Assembly: GCA_028826165.1 (NCBI GenBank)
Contig: JAPDFW010000067.1
Coordinates: 124,001 to 188,000, forward strand
Origin: Anaeramoeba ignava BMAN
Taxonomy: Eukaryota; Protista; Anaeramoebae
DNA: 64,000 nt
Direction: 5' to 3'
Shown here: positions 1-11,505 of the stretch, piece by piece
Layout of the letters: each line of letters starts with the position of its first letter
Position numbering within the stretch: position 1 is the first letter of the stretch
Translations under genes and position numbers: made by a program
Notes under the pieces: model-generated
Databases searched by the model: none
Told to the model about the DNA's origin: nothing
The model's input: the letters and a program-made list of their open reading frames with translations, nothing else

Positions 1-2466
1 TATAAAATTATTTAAAAATTATTTATAAAATTAAATATAAAATTAATTATAAAATTAATTATAAAAATTATTTATAAAATTATTTATAAAATTAATTATT
101 AAATTATTTATAAAATTAAATATAAAATTATTTATAAAATTATTTATAAAATTATTTATAAAATTATTTATAAAATTAATTATTAAATTATTTATAAAAT
201 TATTTATAAAATTAAATATAAAATTATTTATAAAATTATTTATAAAATTAATTATAAAATTATTTATAAATTTATTTATAAAATTATTTATAAAATTATA
301 TATAAAATTAAATATAAAATTATTTATAAAATTATTTATAAAATTATTTATAAAATTATTTATTAAATTATTTATTAAATTATTTATTAAATTATTTATA
401 AAATTATTTATAAAATTATATATAAAAATTATATATAAAAATTAAATATAAAATTATTTATAAAAATTAAATATAAAATTATTTATTAAATTATTTATAA
501 AATTAAATATAAAATTATTTATTAAATTATTTATAAAATTATTTATTAAATTATTTATAATATTATTTATAAAATTATTTATAAAATTATTTATAAAATT
601 ATTTATTAAATTTATTATAAAATTAATTATTAAATTATTTATAAAATTATTTATAAAATTATTTATAAAATTATTTATTAAATTATTTATAAAATTATTT
701 ATAAAATTATTTATAAAATTATTTATAAAATTATTTATAAAATTAATTATAAAATTATTTATAATATTATTTATAAAATTAATTATTAAATTATTTATAA
801 AATTAAATATAAAATTAAATATAAAATTATTTATAAAATTAAATATTAAATTATTTATAATATTATTTATAATATTATTTATAATATTATTTATAAAATT
901 ATTTATAAAATTAAATATAAATTTATTATTAAATTAATTATAAAATTATTTATAATATTAATTATAAAATTATTTATAATATTAATTATAAAATTATTTA
1001 TAAAATTAAATATAAAATTATTTATTAAATTATTTATAATATTATTTATAATATTATTTATAAAATTAATTATAAAATTATTTATAAATTTATTATTAAA
1101 TTAATTATAAATTTAATATAAAATTAATTATAATATTATTTATAAAATTATTTATAATATTATTTATAATATTAAATATTAAATTAAATATAAAATTATT
1201 TTATAAAATTAATTATAATATTATTTATAAAATTAATTATAAAATTATTTATAAAATTAATTATAAAATTATTTATAAAAATTATTTATAAAAATTATTT
1301 ATAAAATTATATATTAAATTAAATATAAAATTATTTACAAAATTAATTATAAAATTATTTATAAAATTATTTATTAAATTATTTATAAAATTATTTATAA
1401 AATTAATTATTAAATTATTTATAAAATTATTTATAAAATTAAATATAAAATTATTTATAAAATTATTTATAAAATTATTTATAAAATTATTTATAAAATT
1501 ATTAATAAAATTATTTATAAAAATTATTTATAAAATTATTTATTAAATTATTTATAAAATTATTTATAAAATTATTTATAAAATTATTTATAAAATTATT
1601 TATAAAATTAAATATAAAATTAATTATAAAATTAATTATAAAAATTAATTATAAAATTAATTATAAAATTATTTATAAAATTATTTTATAAAATTATTTA
1701 TAAAAATTATTTATTAAATTATTTATTAAATTATTTATAAAATTATTTATAAAAATTATATATAAAATTATTTATAAAATTATTTATAAAATTATTTATA
1801 AAATTAATTATAAAATTATTTATAAAATTAATTATAATATTATTTATAAAATTATTTATTAAATTATTTATAAAATTAAATATAAAATTATATATTAAAT
1901 TAATTATAAAATTATTTATAAAATTATATATAAAATTAATTATAAAAATTAAATATTAAATTAATTATAAAATTAATTATAAAATTATTTATAAAAAAAT
2001 TAAATATAAAATTAAATATAAAATTATTTATAAAATTAAAATATAAAATTAAATATAAAATTAAATATAAAATTAAATATAAAATTATTTATAAAATTAT
2101 TTATAAAATTATTTATAAAATTATTTATAAAATCATATATAAAATTATTTATTAAATTAATTATTAAATTATTTATTAAATTATTTATAAAATTATTTAT
2201 AAAATTATTTATTAAATTATTTATAAAAATTAATTATAAAATTATTAATAAAATTAATTATAAAATTATTTATAAATTTATTATAAAATTATTTATAAAA
2301 TTATTTATAAAATTATTTATTAAATTAATTATAAATTTATTATTAAATTAATTATAAAATTATTTATAAAATTAATTATAAAATTATATATAAAATTAAA
2401 TATAAAATTATTTATAAAATTAATTATAAAATTAAATATAAAATTAATTATAATATTATTTATAAA
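1..2466. repeat. 12-bp AT satellite (AAATTATTTATA)n, probably inside the first intron of a minus-strand gene
   Basis: About 200 degenerate 12-mers, almost no C or G; it follows a minus-strand ATG...GT mini-exon at 2485-2503. Confidence 0.9.
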
Positions 2467-2484
2467 ATGACTTGGATATTTTAC

Positions 2485-2503
2485 TTTCTTGTTCTAATTC
2501 CAT
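2485..2503 (-). CDS. Putative 19-nt first exon (MELEQE) of a gene continuing beyond the left edge
   Basis: Minus strand reads ATG GAA TTA GAA CAA GAA A|GTAAAAT, preceded by (TTTTCA)n leader repeats as at other gene starts. Confidence 0.5.
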
Positions 2504-2577
2504 TTAGAAAAAATGAAAAATGAAAAATGAAAAAATGAAAAAATTTTTTTTTCACTTTTTTTCTTGTTTTTTTTTTA
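2504..2577. promoter_or_regulatory. 74-bp bidirectional promoter with tandem TCATTT/TCACTT initiator-like motifs on both strands
   Basis: (AAAATG)n then TTTTCACTTTT between head-to-head ATGs at 2503(-) and 2578(+). Confidence 0.5.
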
Positions 2578-3651
2578 ATGCCTCAATTCACCATTTCTTC
2601 TGTTATTGGAAATAATATTCCTATTGAAAAACTTTTCTCTCTTCTTTTTTCAGATTCAAGTCAATTTTTACTTCAATTTCATCAAAAAGCAGAACATTCT
2701 TCAATCAAAATCCAAAAATGGAAAAATAATCAAAGAGAAATTTCTTTTTCTTCTAATACTGTTAGCAGTTCTTTCCTTAAAAAATTTATTCCCACTTCAG
2801 GAATAACACTAAAAGAAACTCAAGAATATAAATTCAAAAAAGAGTAGATTTCAAAATTTATTCCATTTTCAAAAAAAAAAAGTTTTTAATTTCTTTTTCT
2901 CTTTCTTTTTTAAAAAAAGTGAATTTATTTTATACTCACAAATTACATTGAATTTAAAAGTTTTTTCAAACATCATCTCTACAAAGTGGATTGTAAAGAA
3001 TTTCTTATTTAAATTCAAAACAAAATCTTTATCAAAATTTACAAATTTAAAAAATTTTTTCACTAGTTTAAATTAAATACTCAAAATTCAATTCAATTAA
3101 TAATTAAAGTTTCTTATGAAGTTTCTTCTTGGTTCAAAAATTCAATTGAAAAAACAATTGAAGAAAATACAAGAAAAGAACTTGGTTTATGGATAGAATT
3201 AGCACAAAAAGAATTGGCAAAAGAATCAGAATTACAATCACAATTATTATTGAATATTGAAAAAAATCAAAATAAAAATCAAAATCAAACTCAAATTCAA
3301 CAAAAAAATGAATTGATCCAAATTCTTGATCAATTAAATTCAAAAATTGATAAATTCAATCAAATTTTATATTCTAAACAAGAAAATAATCAACTCATTT
3401 CCTTCAATGAAAACAGTAATACAAACGATTTAATTTCATTCGAAACTTTCCAAAATTTTGAAAAAGCAGTTAATTTTAATTTCGAAAAGATTTCCAAAAT
3501 ACAACAATCTCAAAAAAATAAAATCAATTCTTTTTCTTTAAAAAATAATCCCAAAGAAAAAGAGGTTGAAACAAGAACAAGAAACTTAGAGATTATTGGA
3601 ATAATTGTGGTTGGAGTTTTAGGGGTTTATTATTGGAAGAAAAAAAAATAA
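2578..3651 (+). CDS. VASt/StARkin (Aster/Lam-like) sterol-transfer protein with coiled coil and C-terminal TM anchor, 3 exons
   Basis: IPIEKLFSLLFSDSSQF..W..QREISF..TLKETQ resembles VASt; two GT-AG introns (~2845-2919, ~2993-3066) restore the frame into ORF 3214-3651; C-terminal IIGIIVVGVLGVYYWKKKK. Confidence 0.65.
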
Positions 3652-3702
3652 TTTTTGTTTCATTTTTTTATTTTTATTTTTATTTTTGTTTCTTTTTTAT
3701 TT

Positions 3703-4269
3703 ATGTTTGATTTTAATCAAGATTCACCAAGTCAAAATTACAATAATCAAGAATCATTCCAAACATTTGAAGGAAATCAATCAAATCCTGTTCCAGAACA
3801 ATATTTTTCACTTTATCAACAAGATTATTCAATAAATTCATTAGAATTTAATCCATATTATGGAACGAATCTAAATACAAATCCAAACACATTTGGGTTG
3901 AATCCTTATTATGAAACGAACGTAAATCCAAATCAAAATCCAAATCAAACAAATTACACTTTTAATGATTTAGAAAGAAATTTCGCTCAAAAAGATGAAA
4001 GAAAACATAAACATAAGCATAAGCATAAGCATAGTCATAAGCATAAGCATAAACATAAACATAAAGAAAATCAAACAAAAGTTAATTGGGGAGAAGAAAT
4101 TGAACATGAACCAACTCCTTTAATTCCAAATAATCAATTAAATTATGAAGAAGAGCAAAAAAAAGATAAACTCACATTTTCAAAATGCTGTTATTGCAAA
4201 ATGGTTACTGCGTGCATTTTTATTCTAACTGCTGTTATTTGTATTTTGGTTGACAAATTTTCCTCTTAA
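3703..4269 (+). CDS. Small tail-anchored N/Q-rich protein, paralog 1 (HK repeat, EPTPLI motif, Cys-rich TM)
   Basis: ATG at 3703 (MFDFNQD), hydrophobic C-terminal helix, similar to the neighbouring paralogs. Confidence 0.8.
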   Translation: MFDFNQDSPSQNYNNQESFQTFEGNQSNPVPEQYFSLYQQDYSINSLEFNPYYGTNLNTNPNTFGLNPYYETNVNPNQNPNQTNYTFNDLERNFAQKDERKHKHKHKHKHSHKHKHKHKHKENQTKVNWGEEIEHEPTPLIPNNQLNYEEEQKKDKLTFSKCCYCKMVTACIFILTAVICILVDKFSS

Positions 4270-4357
4270 ATTCAATTCGTTCCAAATTTTCTTTTCCTTC
4301 AAATAAAACCTTTATTTCATTTTTTTTCTTTCATTTTTCATTTTCCATTTTTTTTTT

Positions 4358-4710
4358 ATGTCTGAATTTCAACAAGATTTACTAAATGAAAATGATACAG
4401 AGAAGGAATTAAACACATTCAATAAAGGTAACCAAACCAAATTTATTTCTAAATTTTGAAAAAAAAAATTCAAATCCAAATTCAAAAATATTTATTTTTT
4501 ACAAAAGAATATCAAAATTTCCCTCAATCACAATTTGTTAATGAATCAATTCCTTTATACCCTTTTCAGAATATGAATTCTGGAAAAGATATATCCAAAA
4601 CGGAAACCTATCATTGCCTTATTTTCATTTGTGTATTGATATGTGCTGGAATAATAGGGTATATTATTTTTGCTATTATACTGATAGCTTCTCTTGCAGG
4701 CGGAGACTAA
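4358..4710 (+). CDS. Small tail-anchored protein, paralog 2, 2 exons
   Basis: MSEFQQD start; intron 4428-4507 (GT..AAAG) joins in frame to EYQNFPQ...NESIPLY...TM. Confidence 0.75.
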
Positions 4711-4856
4711 AAAAATAATTCAATTTAATTTCACAAATTTTAATTATTTTTTTCCTTTCATTTTGATCAAATAAAGAATTGGTTAGTTCAATTATTTTTT
4801 TTTTTCATTTTTTTCTTTCATTTTTTTTCTATTTAATATTTAATATTTAATATTTA

Positions 4857-5105
4857 ATGAGTTATCCAACAGAATATCCAAATACTCAATATCAAACACT
4901 AAAAACTCCATTTTCTGAATCAACACTTAATGATAATAACTTAAATAATCAAAATCAAAAATCAAAATCAAAATCAAAATCAAAAATCAAAATGAAAATA
5001 AAACCTTATCATTGGGTTATGTGCCTCTTTATTTTTCTTTGTTTAATAATTATAGCTGGGGTTATTATTATTATTTCTGTGATTCATGGACTTGGTGATG
5101 ATTGA
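4857..5105 (+). CDS. Small tail-anchored protein, paralog 3
   Basis: 82-aa ORF; YH-x-x-x-(C)..C..II.G.II TM and the GDD end resemble paralog 2. Confidence 0.75.
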   Translation: MSYPTEYPNTQYQTLKTPFSESTLNDNNLNNQNQKSKSKSKSKIKMKIKPYHWVMCLFIFLCLIIIAGVIIIISVIHGLGDD

Positions 5106-5233
5106 TTATGAGTCATTTTTTTTCAAATTCTTTTTTTTTATTTATTGAATAAAAAAATTTAAAACATCAATTTTTTCATTTTTTTTTTTCATTTTTTTTT
5201 TTGAACTAATTTTATTCTTTTACATTAATTTAT

Positions 5234-5923
5234 ATGTCTAAATTTAATCAAGATTTCCCAAATATAAATTATAATGAAAATGAACCAAATTTAAATTTAA
5301 ATATAAATCAAAATCAAAATCAAAATCAAAATCAAAATCAAGATCAAAATCAAAATCAAGATCCAAATCAAAATCAAAATCAAAATCAAAATCAAAATCA
5401 AAATCAAAATCAAAATCAAAATCAAAATCAAAATCAAAATCAAAATCAATATCAATATCAAAATCAAAATCAAAATCAAAATCAAAATCAAAATCAAAAT
5501 CAAAATCAAAATCAAGATCCAAATCAAAATCAAGATCCAAATCAAAATCAAAATCAAAATCAAAATCAAAATCAAAATCAAAATCAAAATCAAAATCAAA
5601 ATCAAAATCAAAATCAAAATCAATATCAAAATCAAAATCAAAATCAAAATCAAAATCAAAATCAAAATCAAAATCAAAATCAAAATCAAAATCAAAATCA
5701 AAATCAAAATCAAAATCAAAATCAAAATCAAAATCAAAATCAAAATCCTGAAATAATACTTGATGATTCAACTCCTTTACTTAATAACCAAAATTCAAAT
5801 GTTCTTGAATCAGAACAAGAAAGAACATTAAAAGCTATTCGAAGATTATTTTTTGTATATTTTTTACCTTCTTTAATAATTTTAATAATTTTGATTACAA
5901 TTATAAAAACAACTCGTGGATAA
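5234..5923 (+). CDS. Small tail-anchored protein, paralog 4, with long (NQ)n tract and DDSTPLL motif
   Basis: MSKFNQD start, (AATCAA)n in frame, C-terminal TM. Confidence 0.8.
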   Translation: MSKFNQDFPNINYNENEPNLNLNINQNQNQNQNQNQDQNQNQDPNQNQNQNQNQNQNQNQNQNQNQNQNQNQYQYQNQNQNQNQNQNQNQNQNQDPNQNQDPNQNQNQNQNQNQNQNQNQNQNQNQNQNQYQNQNQNQNQNQNQNQNQNQNQNQNQNQNQNQNQNQNQNQNPEIILDDSTPLLNNQNSNVLESEQERTLKAIRRLFFVYFLPSLIILIILITIIKTTRG

Positions 5924-6026
5924 AATAGAATGTTATCCAAAAAATAAAATCCCAAAAAACCATTTTTCATTTTTTTCATTTTTTTCATTTTTTCCATTTT
6001 TTTCATTTTTTTTTCATTTTTTTTTC

Positions 6027-6650
6027 ATGACAAATAATTACCAAGATTTATCAAACACAACTTATAATGATCTAGAATCATTTAAAGGAAATGAAAATCA
6101 ACCAAACCCAATTCCAGACCAATTTAATTCAATTCAACAAGATCAATATTACACAAATACAATGGGATTTAATCCATATTATGGAAACAATTTAAATCCA
6201 AATCAAAATCAAAATCAAAATCAAAATCAAAATCAAAATATAAATCAAAATCAAAATCAAAATCAAAATCAAAATCAAAATCAAAATCAAAATCAAAATC
6301 AATATCAAAATCAAATGGGATTTAATCCAAATTATGGAAATAACCCAACTTTCAATTTCAATCCAAATCCAATTTCTTATAACAACCCAGAAACAAATTA
6401 CACAACAGAATATCAAAAATCACAACAACAACAAGAAGCATTAAATTCACAATATCCTCCACTTGTAACAACATTTTCTGAATCAAAAAATCAACATTCT
6501 GCTCCTTTACTTCGAAATCAAGATTATATTCAATCTGAAGCAGAAAGACAAAGAACTATTCGAAATCGTCTTATATGCTTTCGTATTACTTTCCCTATTG
6601 TCGTATTTTTGATAATTTTAATCATTATTTTGACTACAGCTCCTAAATAA
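6027..6650 (+). CDS. Small tail-anchored protein, paralog 5 (NQ tract, HSAPLL, TM)
   Basis: MTNNYQD start; shares NP(V/I)P(E/D)Q and FNPYYG with paralog 1 and ER-x-R-T..TM with paralog 4. Confidence 0.8.
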   Translation: MTNNYQDLSNTTYNDLESFKGNENQPNPIPDQFNSIQQDQYYTNTMGFNPYYGNNLNPNQNQNQNQNQNQNINQNQNQNQNQNQNQNQNQNQYQNQMGFNPNYGNNPTFNFNPNPISYNNPETNYTTEYQKSQQQQEALNSQYPPLVTTFSESKNQHSAPLLRNQDYIQSEAERQRTIRNRLICFRITFPIVVFLIILIIILTTAPK

Positions 6651-6799
6651 TAACATTTTTTTACCACTTTTTTCTACCTTTTATCATTTTTCCTTTTTTT
6701 TACAAAGATTCACAATCAAACAAAATTGTTTTTTTCATTTGAATTTCTCTTCATTAAATGCAATCGAAACACAAAACAAACAATTTTATTTTTAATTAA

Positions 6800-8170
6800 T
6801 TTATTAATTGATTTATTAAATTTAATTACATTTTTTTTGTTCCACTTTTATATTTTCAATTAATTTATTTGATATTTTTAATTAATTTATTTTGAATTAA
6901 TTTATTAAATTTAATCACATTTTTTTTGTTCCACTTTTATATTTTAGATTAATTTATTTTATATTTTTAATTAATTTATTTTGAATTAATTTATTAAATT
7001 TATTAAATTAATTTATTAAATTTAATTACATTTTTTTTGTTCCACTTTTATATTTTGGAATTAATTTATTTTGATATTTTTAAATAATTTATTTTGAATT
7101 AATTTATTAAATTTAATTACATTTTTTTTTGTTCCACTTTTATATTTTTAGATTAATTTATTTGATATTTTTAATTAATTTATTTTAAATTAATTTATTA
7201 AATTTAATTACATTTTTTTGTTCCACTTTTATATTTTTAGATTAATTTATTTTATATTTTTAATTAATTTATTTTTGAATTAATTTATTAAATTTATTAA
7301 ATTAATTTATTAAATTTAATTACATTTTTTTGTTCCACTTTTTATATTTTGGAATTAATTAATTTATTTTATATTTTTAATTAATTTATTAAATTTAATT
7401 ACATTTTTTTTGTTCCACTTTTATATTTTAGAATTAATTTATTTGATATTTTTAATTAATTTATTAAATTAATTTATTAAATTTAATTACATTTTTGTTC
7501 CACTTTTATATTTTGAAATTAATTTATTTTTTATTTTTTAATTAATTTATTATGAATTGATTTATTAAATTTAATCACATTTTTGTTCCATTTTTATATT
7601 TTAGATTAATTAATTTATTTGATATTTTTAAATAATTTATTTTTAAATAATTTATTTTTAATTAATTTATTAAATTTAATTACATTTTTTTTGTTCCACT
7701 TTTATATTTTAGAATTAATTTATTTGATATTTTTAATTAATTTATTAAATTAATTTATTAAATTTAATCACATTTTTTTTTGTTCCACTTTTTATATTTT
7801 TAGAATTAATTTATTTGATATTTTTAATTAATTTATTTTTAATTAATTTATTAAATTTAATTACATTTTTTTTGTTCCACTTTTTATATTTTTGGAATTA
7901 ATTTATTTTATATTTTTAATTAATTTATTAAATTAATTAATTAAATTTAATTACATTTTTGTTCCACTTTTTATATTTTTGGAATTAATTTATTTGATAT
8001 TTTTAATTAATTTATTAAATTTAATTACATTTTTGTTCCACTTTTTATATTTTAGATTAATTTATTTTATATTTTTAAATAATTTATTAAATTATTTTAT
8101 TAAATTTAATTACATTTTTTTTGTTCCACTTTTATATTTTGGAATTAATTTATTTTATATTTTTAAATAA
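6800..8170. repeat. Intergenic minisatellite, about 15 copies of a 75-110 bp unit with core ATTAAATTTAATTACATTTTTTTGTTCCACTTTTATATTTT
   Basis: GTTCCA(C/T) cores at about 6839, 6928, 7039, 7131, 7220, 7332, 7412, 7497, 7585, 7693, 7782, 7874, 7961, 8035 and 8123. Confidence 0.9.
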
Positions 8171-8487
8171 TTTATTAAATTATTTAATTAAATTTGTTTA
8201 ATAAATTGTTTTAATTTAAAATTTTTTTTATTTAAAATTGATCTTATTAAAAAAAATAAAAAAAAAATAAATAAAAAAATAAAAAAAAAAGAAAAAAAAT
8301 TTTTTATTTAATTAAAAAAAAATAAATAAAAAATAAAAAAAATAAAAATCATTTTCATTTATTCTTTCTTTTTTTTTTTTCTGTTATAAAATAAAAAATA
8401 TCAAAAAACACATTAAAAACACATTAAAACACATAGAAACACAACAAAAACACAACAAAAACCAAGAAGAAAACAAAAAAACAAACA

Positions 8488-11400
8488 ATGAAACAAATGA
8501 ACACGAAACAAACAGAAACAACAAAAAAAACGGAAAATCAAATTGAAACAAAAAAAGAAACAGAAAAAAGGGAAGAAAAAAAAACAGAACCAGAAAAAGA
8601 AAAAAAGCAACAAATCCTGTGCGGAAACAAGCTTAAGGCACTAATCCACACGCGAATACCGAACAAACTGACAGGATATGAATATGCAAACAAGATACTT
8701 GAATCAATAGGAAAATCAGCATCAAGAAAGCAAGTTGTTGAGCGCGGCAAGCAAATGTTCCCACGCCTTTGGCAGTGCTACCAGGAGGCCTGTGAAAGCA
8801 AAGCAAACGTGATGTTCGGCGGCTTTTTGCTGAGGCATAAACATCCTTCAATCACATTTCATAAGCAATCTCTTGTCTATAGTCTCACTAAATGGAACAT
8901 TTCTCCTTCTGGTTTCTCAGTCAAAAAATCCCCCTCAAAGAATATATCCCCCCAAACAAAGCATAAACAAATGGATGACGATTTGAACACAAAATCCCTT
9001 GATATGAATGTTTCTCTTAGTGTTGGAGATGATGCCAATAAGCAAAGCTTATTTTTGGAAGCGCAAAACCAAGATGAATTAAATTTCCAAAAAGATGAAT
9101 TAAATTTTCCAAAAAACGAATTGAATTTCCAAACAGATCAATTAAATTTTCCAAAAAACGAATTAAATTTTCCAAAAAACGAATTAAATTTTCAAAAAGA
9201 TCAATTAAATTTTCAAGCAAATAATTTGAATTTCGCAAAAGATGATTTGAATTTCCCAAAAAATGATTCGAATTTCCCAAAAAATAATTTAAATTTCCCA
9301 AGAAATGAACTTTTTGAAACATTTTTAACTCCAAAAGATCTTTTCGAGGAAATAAAAACAAAGCCAATTACTGATGCTTATAAAAACGATTTTAATGCTC
9401 CAATTAGCAGGCATACAAGATCACAATATGGAAACAAGTACGGAAACAATTTGAATAATTTTAACAATTATTTGAATAATTTGGATCCTTTGAATTCTTT
9501 GAGTTTTAATCAAAATCAAAATCAAAATCCATTTCTTTATGAAAACGAGATACAAATGTATCCGAATTCCTTTATAAACCCCATTTTTAGTTTTCAAGAA
9601 AATGTTAATCAGAACACAAATTCAATTTCTCAAGCAAATCCTGAAATTATGAATAAATCACTACAAAACCTAAATCAAGAATCACAACAATACCAAGAAA
9701 TGGACAACAAAACACAAATTACTCAACCCGAACTTTCAATATCACCAAACACAAACAAGCTAGAAACAATAACAAATACAACATCAACAACAAGAAATCA
9801 AAAAGGACAAGAATCACAAAAAAAATCGAAAAAAAGAGCGCATTCAAAAACAGACGCTCGGAAGGTATCCGAGGAGTCTGCAAATACACCGACACAAGAA
9901 AGCAAGGGAGGCGCCCCTAAAATTGCGCAGTTAATATTTGAAAAGTGTCCAAACCGCAAAAGAGGGTGGGAATACGCAGTCGACGCGATTCGCAAAATTG
10001 AGCGTCCAGCAACGCGTATTGAGATAATCGAGACTGTGAAGAAAATGAATCCTGATCTGTGGTCATGCTATCTAGAGGCCTATGGACCCTCTAAGGCCGC
10101 GCATCCGTTTGGAAGCTTTCTGCTTCATTCGAACCAATCAAAAGAAATTATTTACGATAAAGACAATTGCGTTTATCTTCTGACAGAATGGAAATCAACC
10201 GACTTCTCATCCATCGACTCCATTCCGCCTAAAACACCTCGTCAAAAACTGCTCAAATTACTCCACGAGAGATCCATTGAAAGGCAAGCTGGATGGAAGT
10301 ATGTTTGCGAGGCATTGAAAATCAAAAACAAACCCTTGACTCGACCCCAGTTGATCAGCGAGGTGAAGCAACTGCATCCTGAAATATTCGAGTGCTACGA
10401 GCAAATTTATACCGGTAAAGAAAGCAAGGCTACTGCTATTAGTCAGTTCGGACGCTTTGTTGTTTCCTCAAGTTCTATCGGAGATAAGTTTATTTTCGAT
10501 CCAAAATCAAAACTGTATTTTCTTCCAGAATGGGATGGCATTTCCCCTTCTAAAAATCATCGTTCCAAACCCCAGAAAACAGAAAAAAACACTGATCACA
10601 AAAATATCCAGATCGAGAACGACTCCAATAAAAATAACTCCCAAAATATCACTCAAAATATCGGTATCAATTCTAATAAAAACACTGATAAAAATTACAA
10701 AGACAAAAACAATTATAAAGAAATTATTAAAGATAAAGAAAAACAAAAAAACAATCAAGAAGAAAATGAAAATATCAACGATAACTCAAATACGTATCAA
10801 TACAAACAAGCAAATGATATCAATCCTAAAAATATTAAAGGCATCGCTGATCAAACCCAAACTACAGACGAAAAATCAGTCAAAAAAGACAAAAACAAAA
10901 AAAAGAAAATTCACAAAAAAGTTCGAATGAGAACAAAAAACTCAAAACAAAATTCAAAACAAAATTCAAAACAAAACGATTTAAACGCAAAAAAGGACAA
11001 AAAACAAAAAACAAAATCAGTGCAAGAATCAATAAAAAAGCCAACAACCCTCCAAACAAATAAACAAATGGAAACAATCACAGAAAACAAAGAAATGAAT
11101 TTTGGACAACCAAATATAAATATAAATAATATAAATATAAATACAAATATAAATACAAATATTGATCCAACTCAAAAAAAAGAAGGAAACATCAGAAATA
11201 ATACATACAAAGAAGAAATTAAAGAGATTAAAGAGAAACCGCCATTGCTTAAGGAGAACATCCCTATTGTTGAATCAGAAGAATTTGAAATTTTGGATGA
11301 TGTCGAATTTTCAAAGTTTTATCCTGAAGATATTTTCCCAGAATTAGAATTTGAAAGCGATAACTCTGATTCTTTTCTTCCGCAGCGAATGAATTTCGAA

Positions 11401-11505
11401 CAAAACTCAAAAACCGATGATGAATCTCCTCTTGGAGGAATGGACGAAAGTGATGATGATGATTTCTATTTCAAAGATGGGAATGATGAATATAGCGATT
11501 ATTGA
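8488..11505 (+). CDS. Intronless 1005-aa protein with three ~90-aa winged-helix-like (HARE-HTH-like) repeats, a heptad NELNFPK repeat and an acidic tail
   Basis: Three alignable units K(L/I)..L+....N...G(Y/W)EY....+.....(S/T)R.Q++..VK...P.+W.CY...Y...FG.F++...Y.L..W. Confidence 0.8.
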   Translation: MKQMNTKQTETTKKTENQIETKKETEKREEKKTEPEKEKKQQILCGNKLKALIHTRIPNKLTGYEYANKILESIGKSASRKQVVERGKQMFPRLWQCYQEACESKANVMFGGFLLRHKHPSITFHKQSLVYSLTKWNISPSGFSVKKSPSKNISPQTKHKQMDDDLNTKSLDMNVSLSVGDDANKQSLFLEAQNQDELNFQKDELNFPKNELNFQTDQLNFPKNELNFPKNELNFQKDQLNFQANNLNFAKDDLNFPKNDSNFPKNNLNFPRNELFETFLTPKDLFEEIKTKPITDAYKNDFNAPISRHTRSQYGNKYGNNLNNFNNYLNNLDPLNSLSFNQNQNQNPFLYENEIQMYPNSFINPIFSFQENVNQNTNSISQANPEIMNKSLQNLNQESQQYQEMDNKTQITQPELSISPNTNKLETITNTTSTTRNQKGQESQKKSKKRAHSKTDARKVSEESANTPTQESKGGAPKIAQLIFEKCPNRKRGWEYAVDAIRKIERPATRIEIIETVKKMNPDLWSCYLEAYGPSKAAHPFGSFLLHSNQSKEIIYDKDNCVYLLTEWKSTDFSSIDSIPPKTPRQKLLKLLHERSIERQAGWKYVCEALKIKNKPLTRPQLISEVKQLHPEIFECYEQIYTGKESKATAISQFGRFVVSSSSIGDKFIFDPKSKLYFLPEWDGISPSKNHRSKPQKTEKNTDHKNIQIENDSNKNNSQNITQNIGINSNKNTDKNYKDKNNYKEIIKDKEKQKNNQEENENINDNSNTYQYKQANDINPKNIKGIADQTQTTDEKSVKKDKNKKKKIHKKVRMRTKNSKQNSKQNSKQNDLNAKKDKKQKTKSVQESIKKPTTLQTNKQMETITENKEMNFGQPNININNININTNINTNIDPTQKKEGNIRNNTYKEEIKEIKEKPPLLKENIPIVESEEFEILDDVEFSKFYPEDIFPELEFESDNSDSFLPQRMNFEQNSKTDDESPLGGMDESDDDDFYFKDGNDEYSDY

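Noticed and set aside
1-2466. Telomeric repeat or chromosome end
   Set aside because: No G-rich strand, degenerate 12-mer, and it follows a plausible splice donor
6800-8170. CRISPR-like array
   Set aside because: The sequences between cores are homologous AT variants, not unique spacers; no cas genes; eukaryotic context
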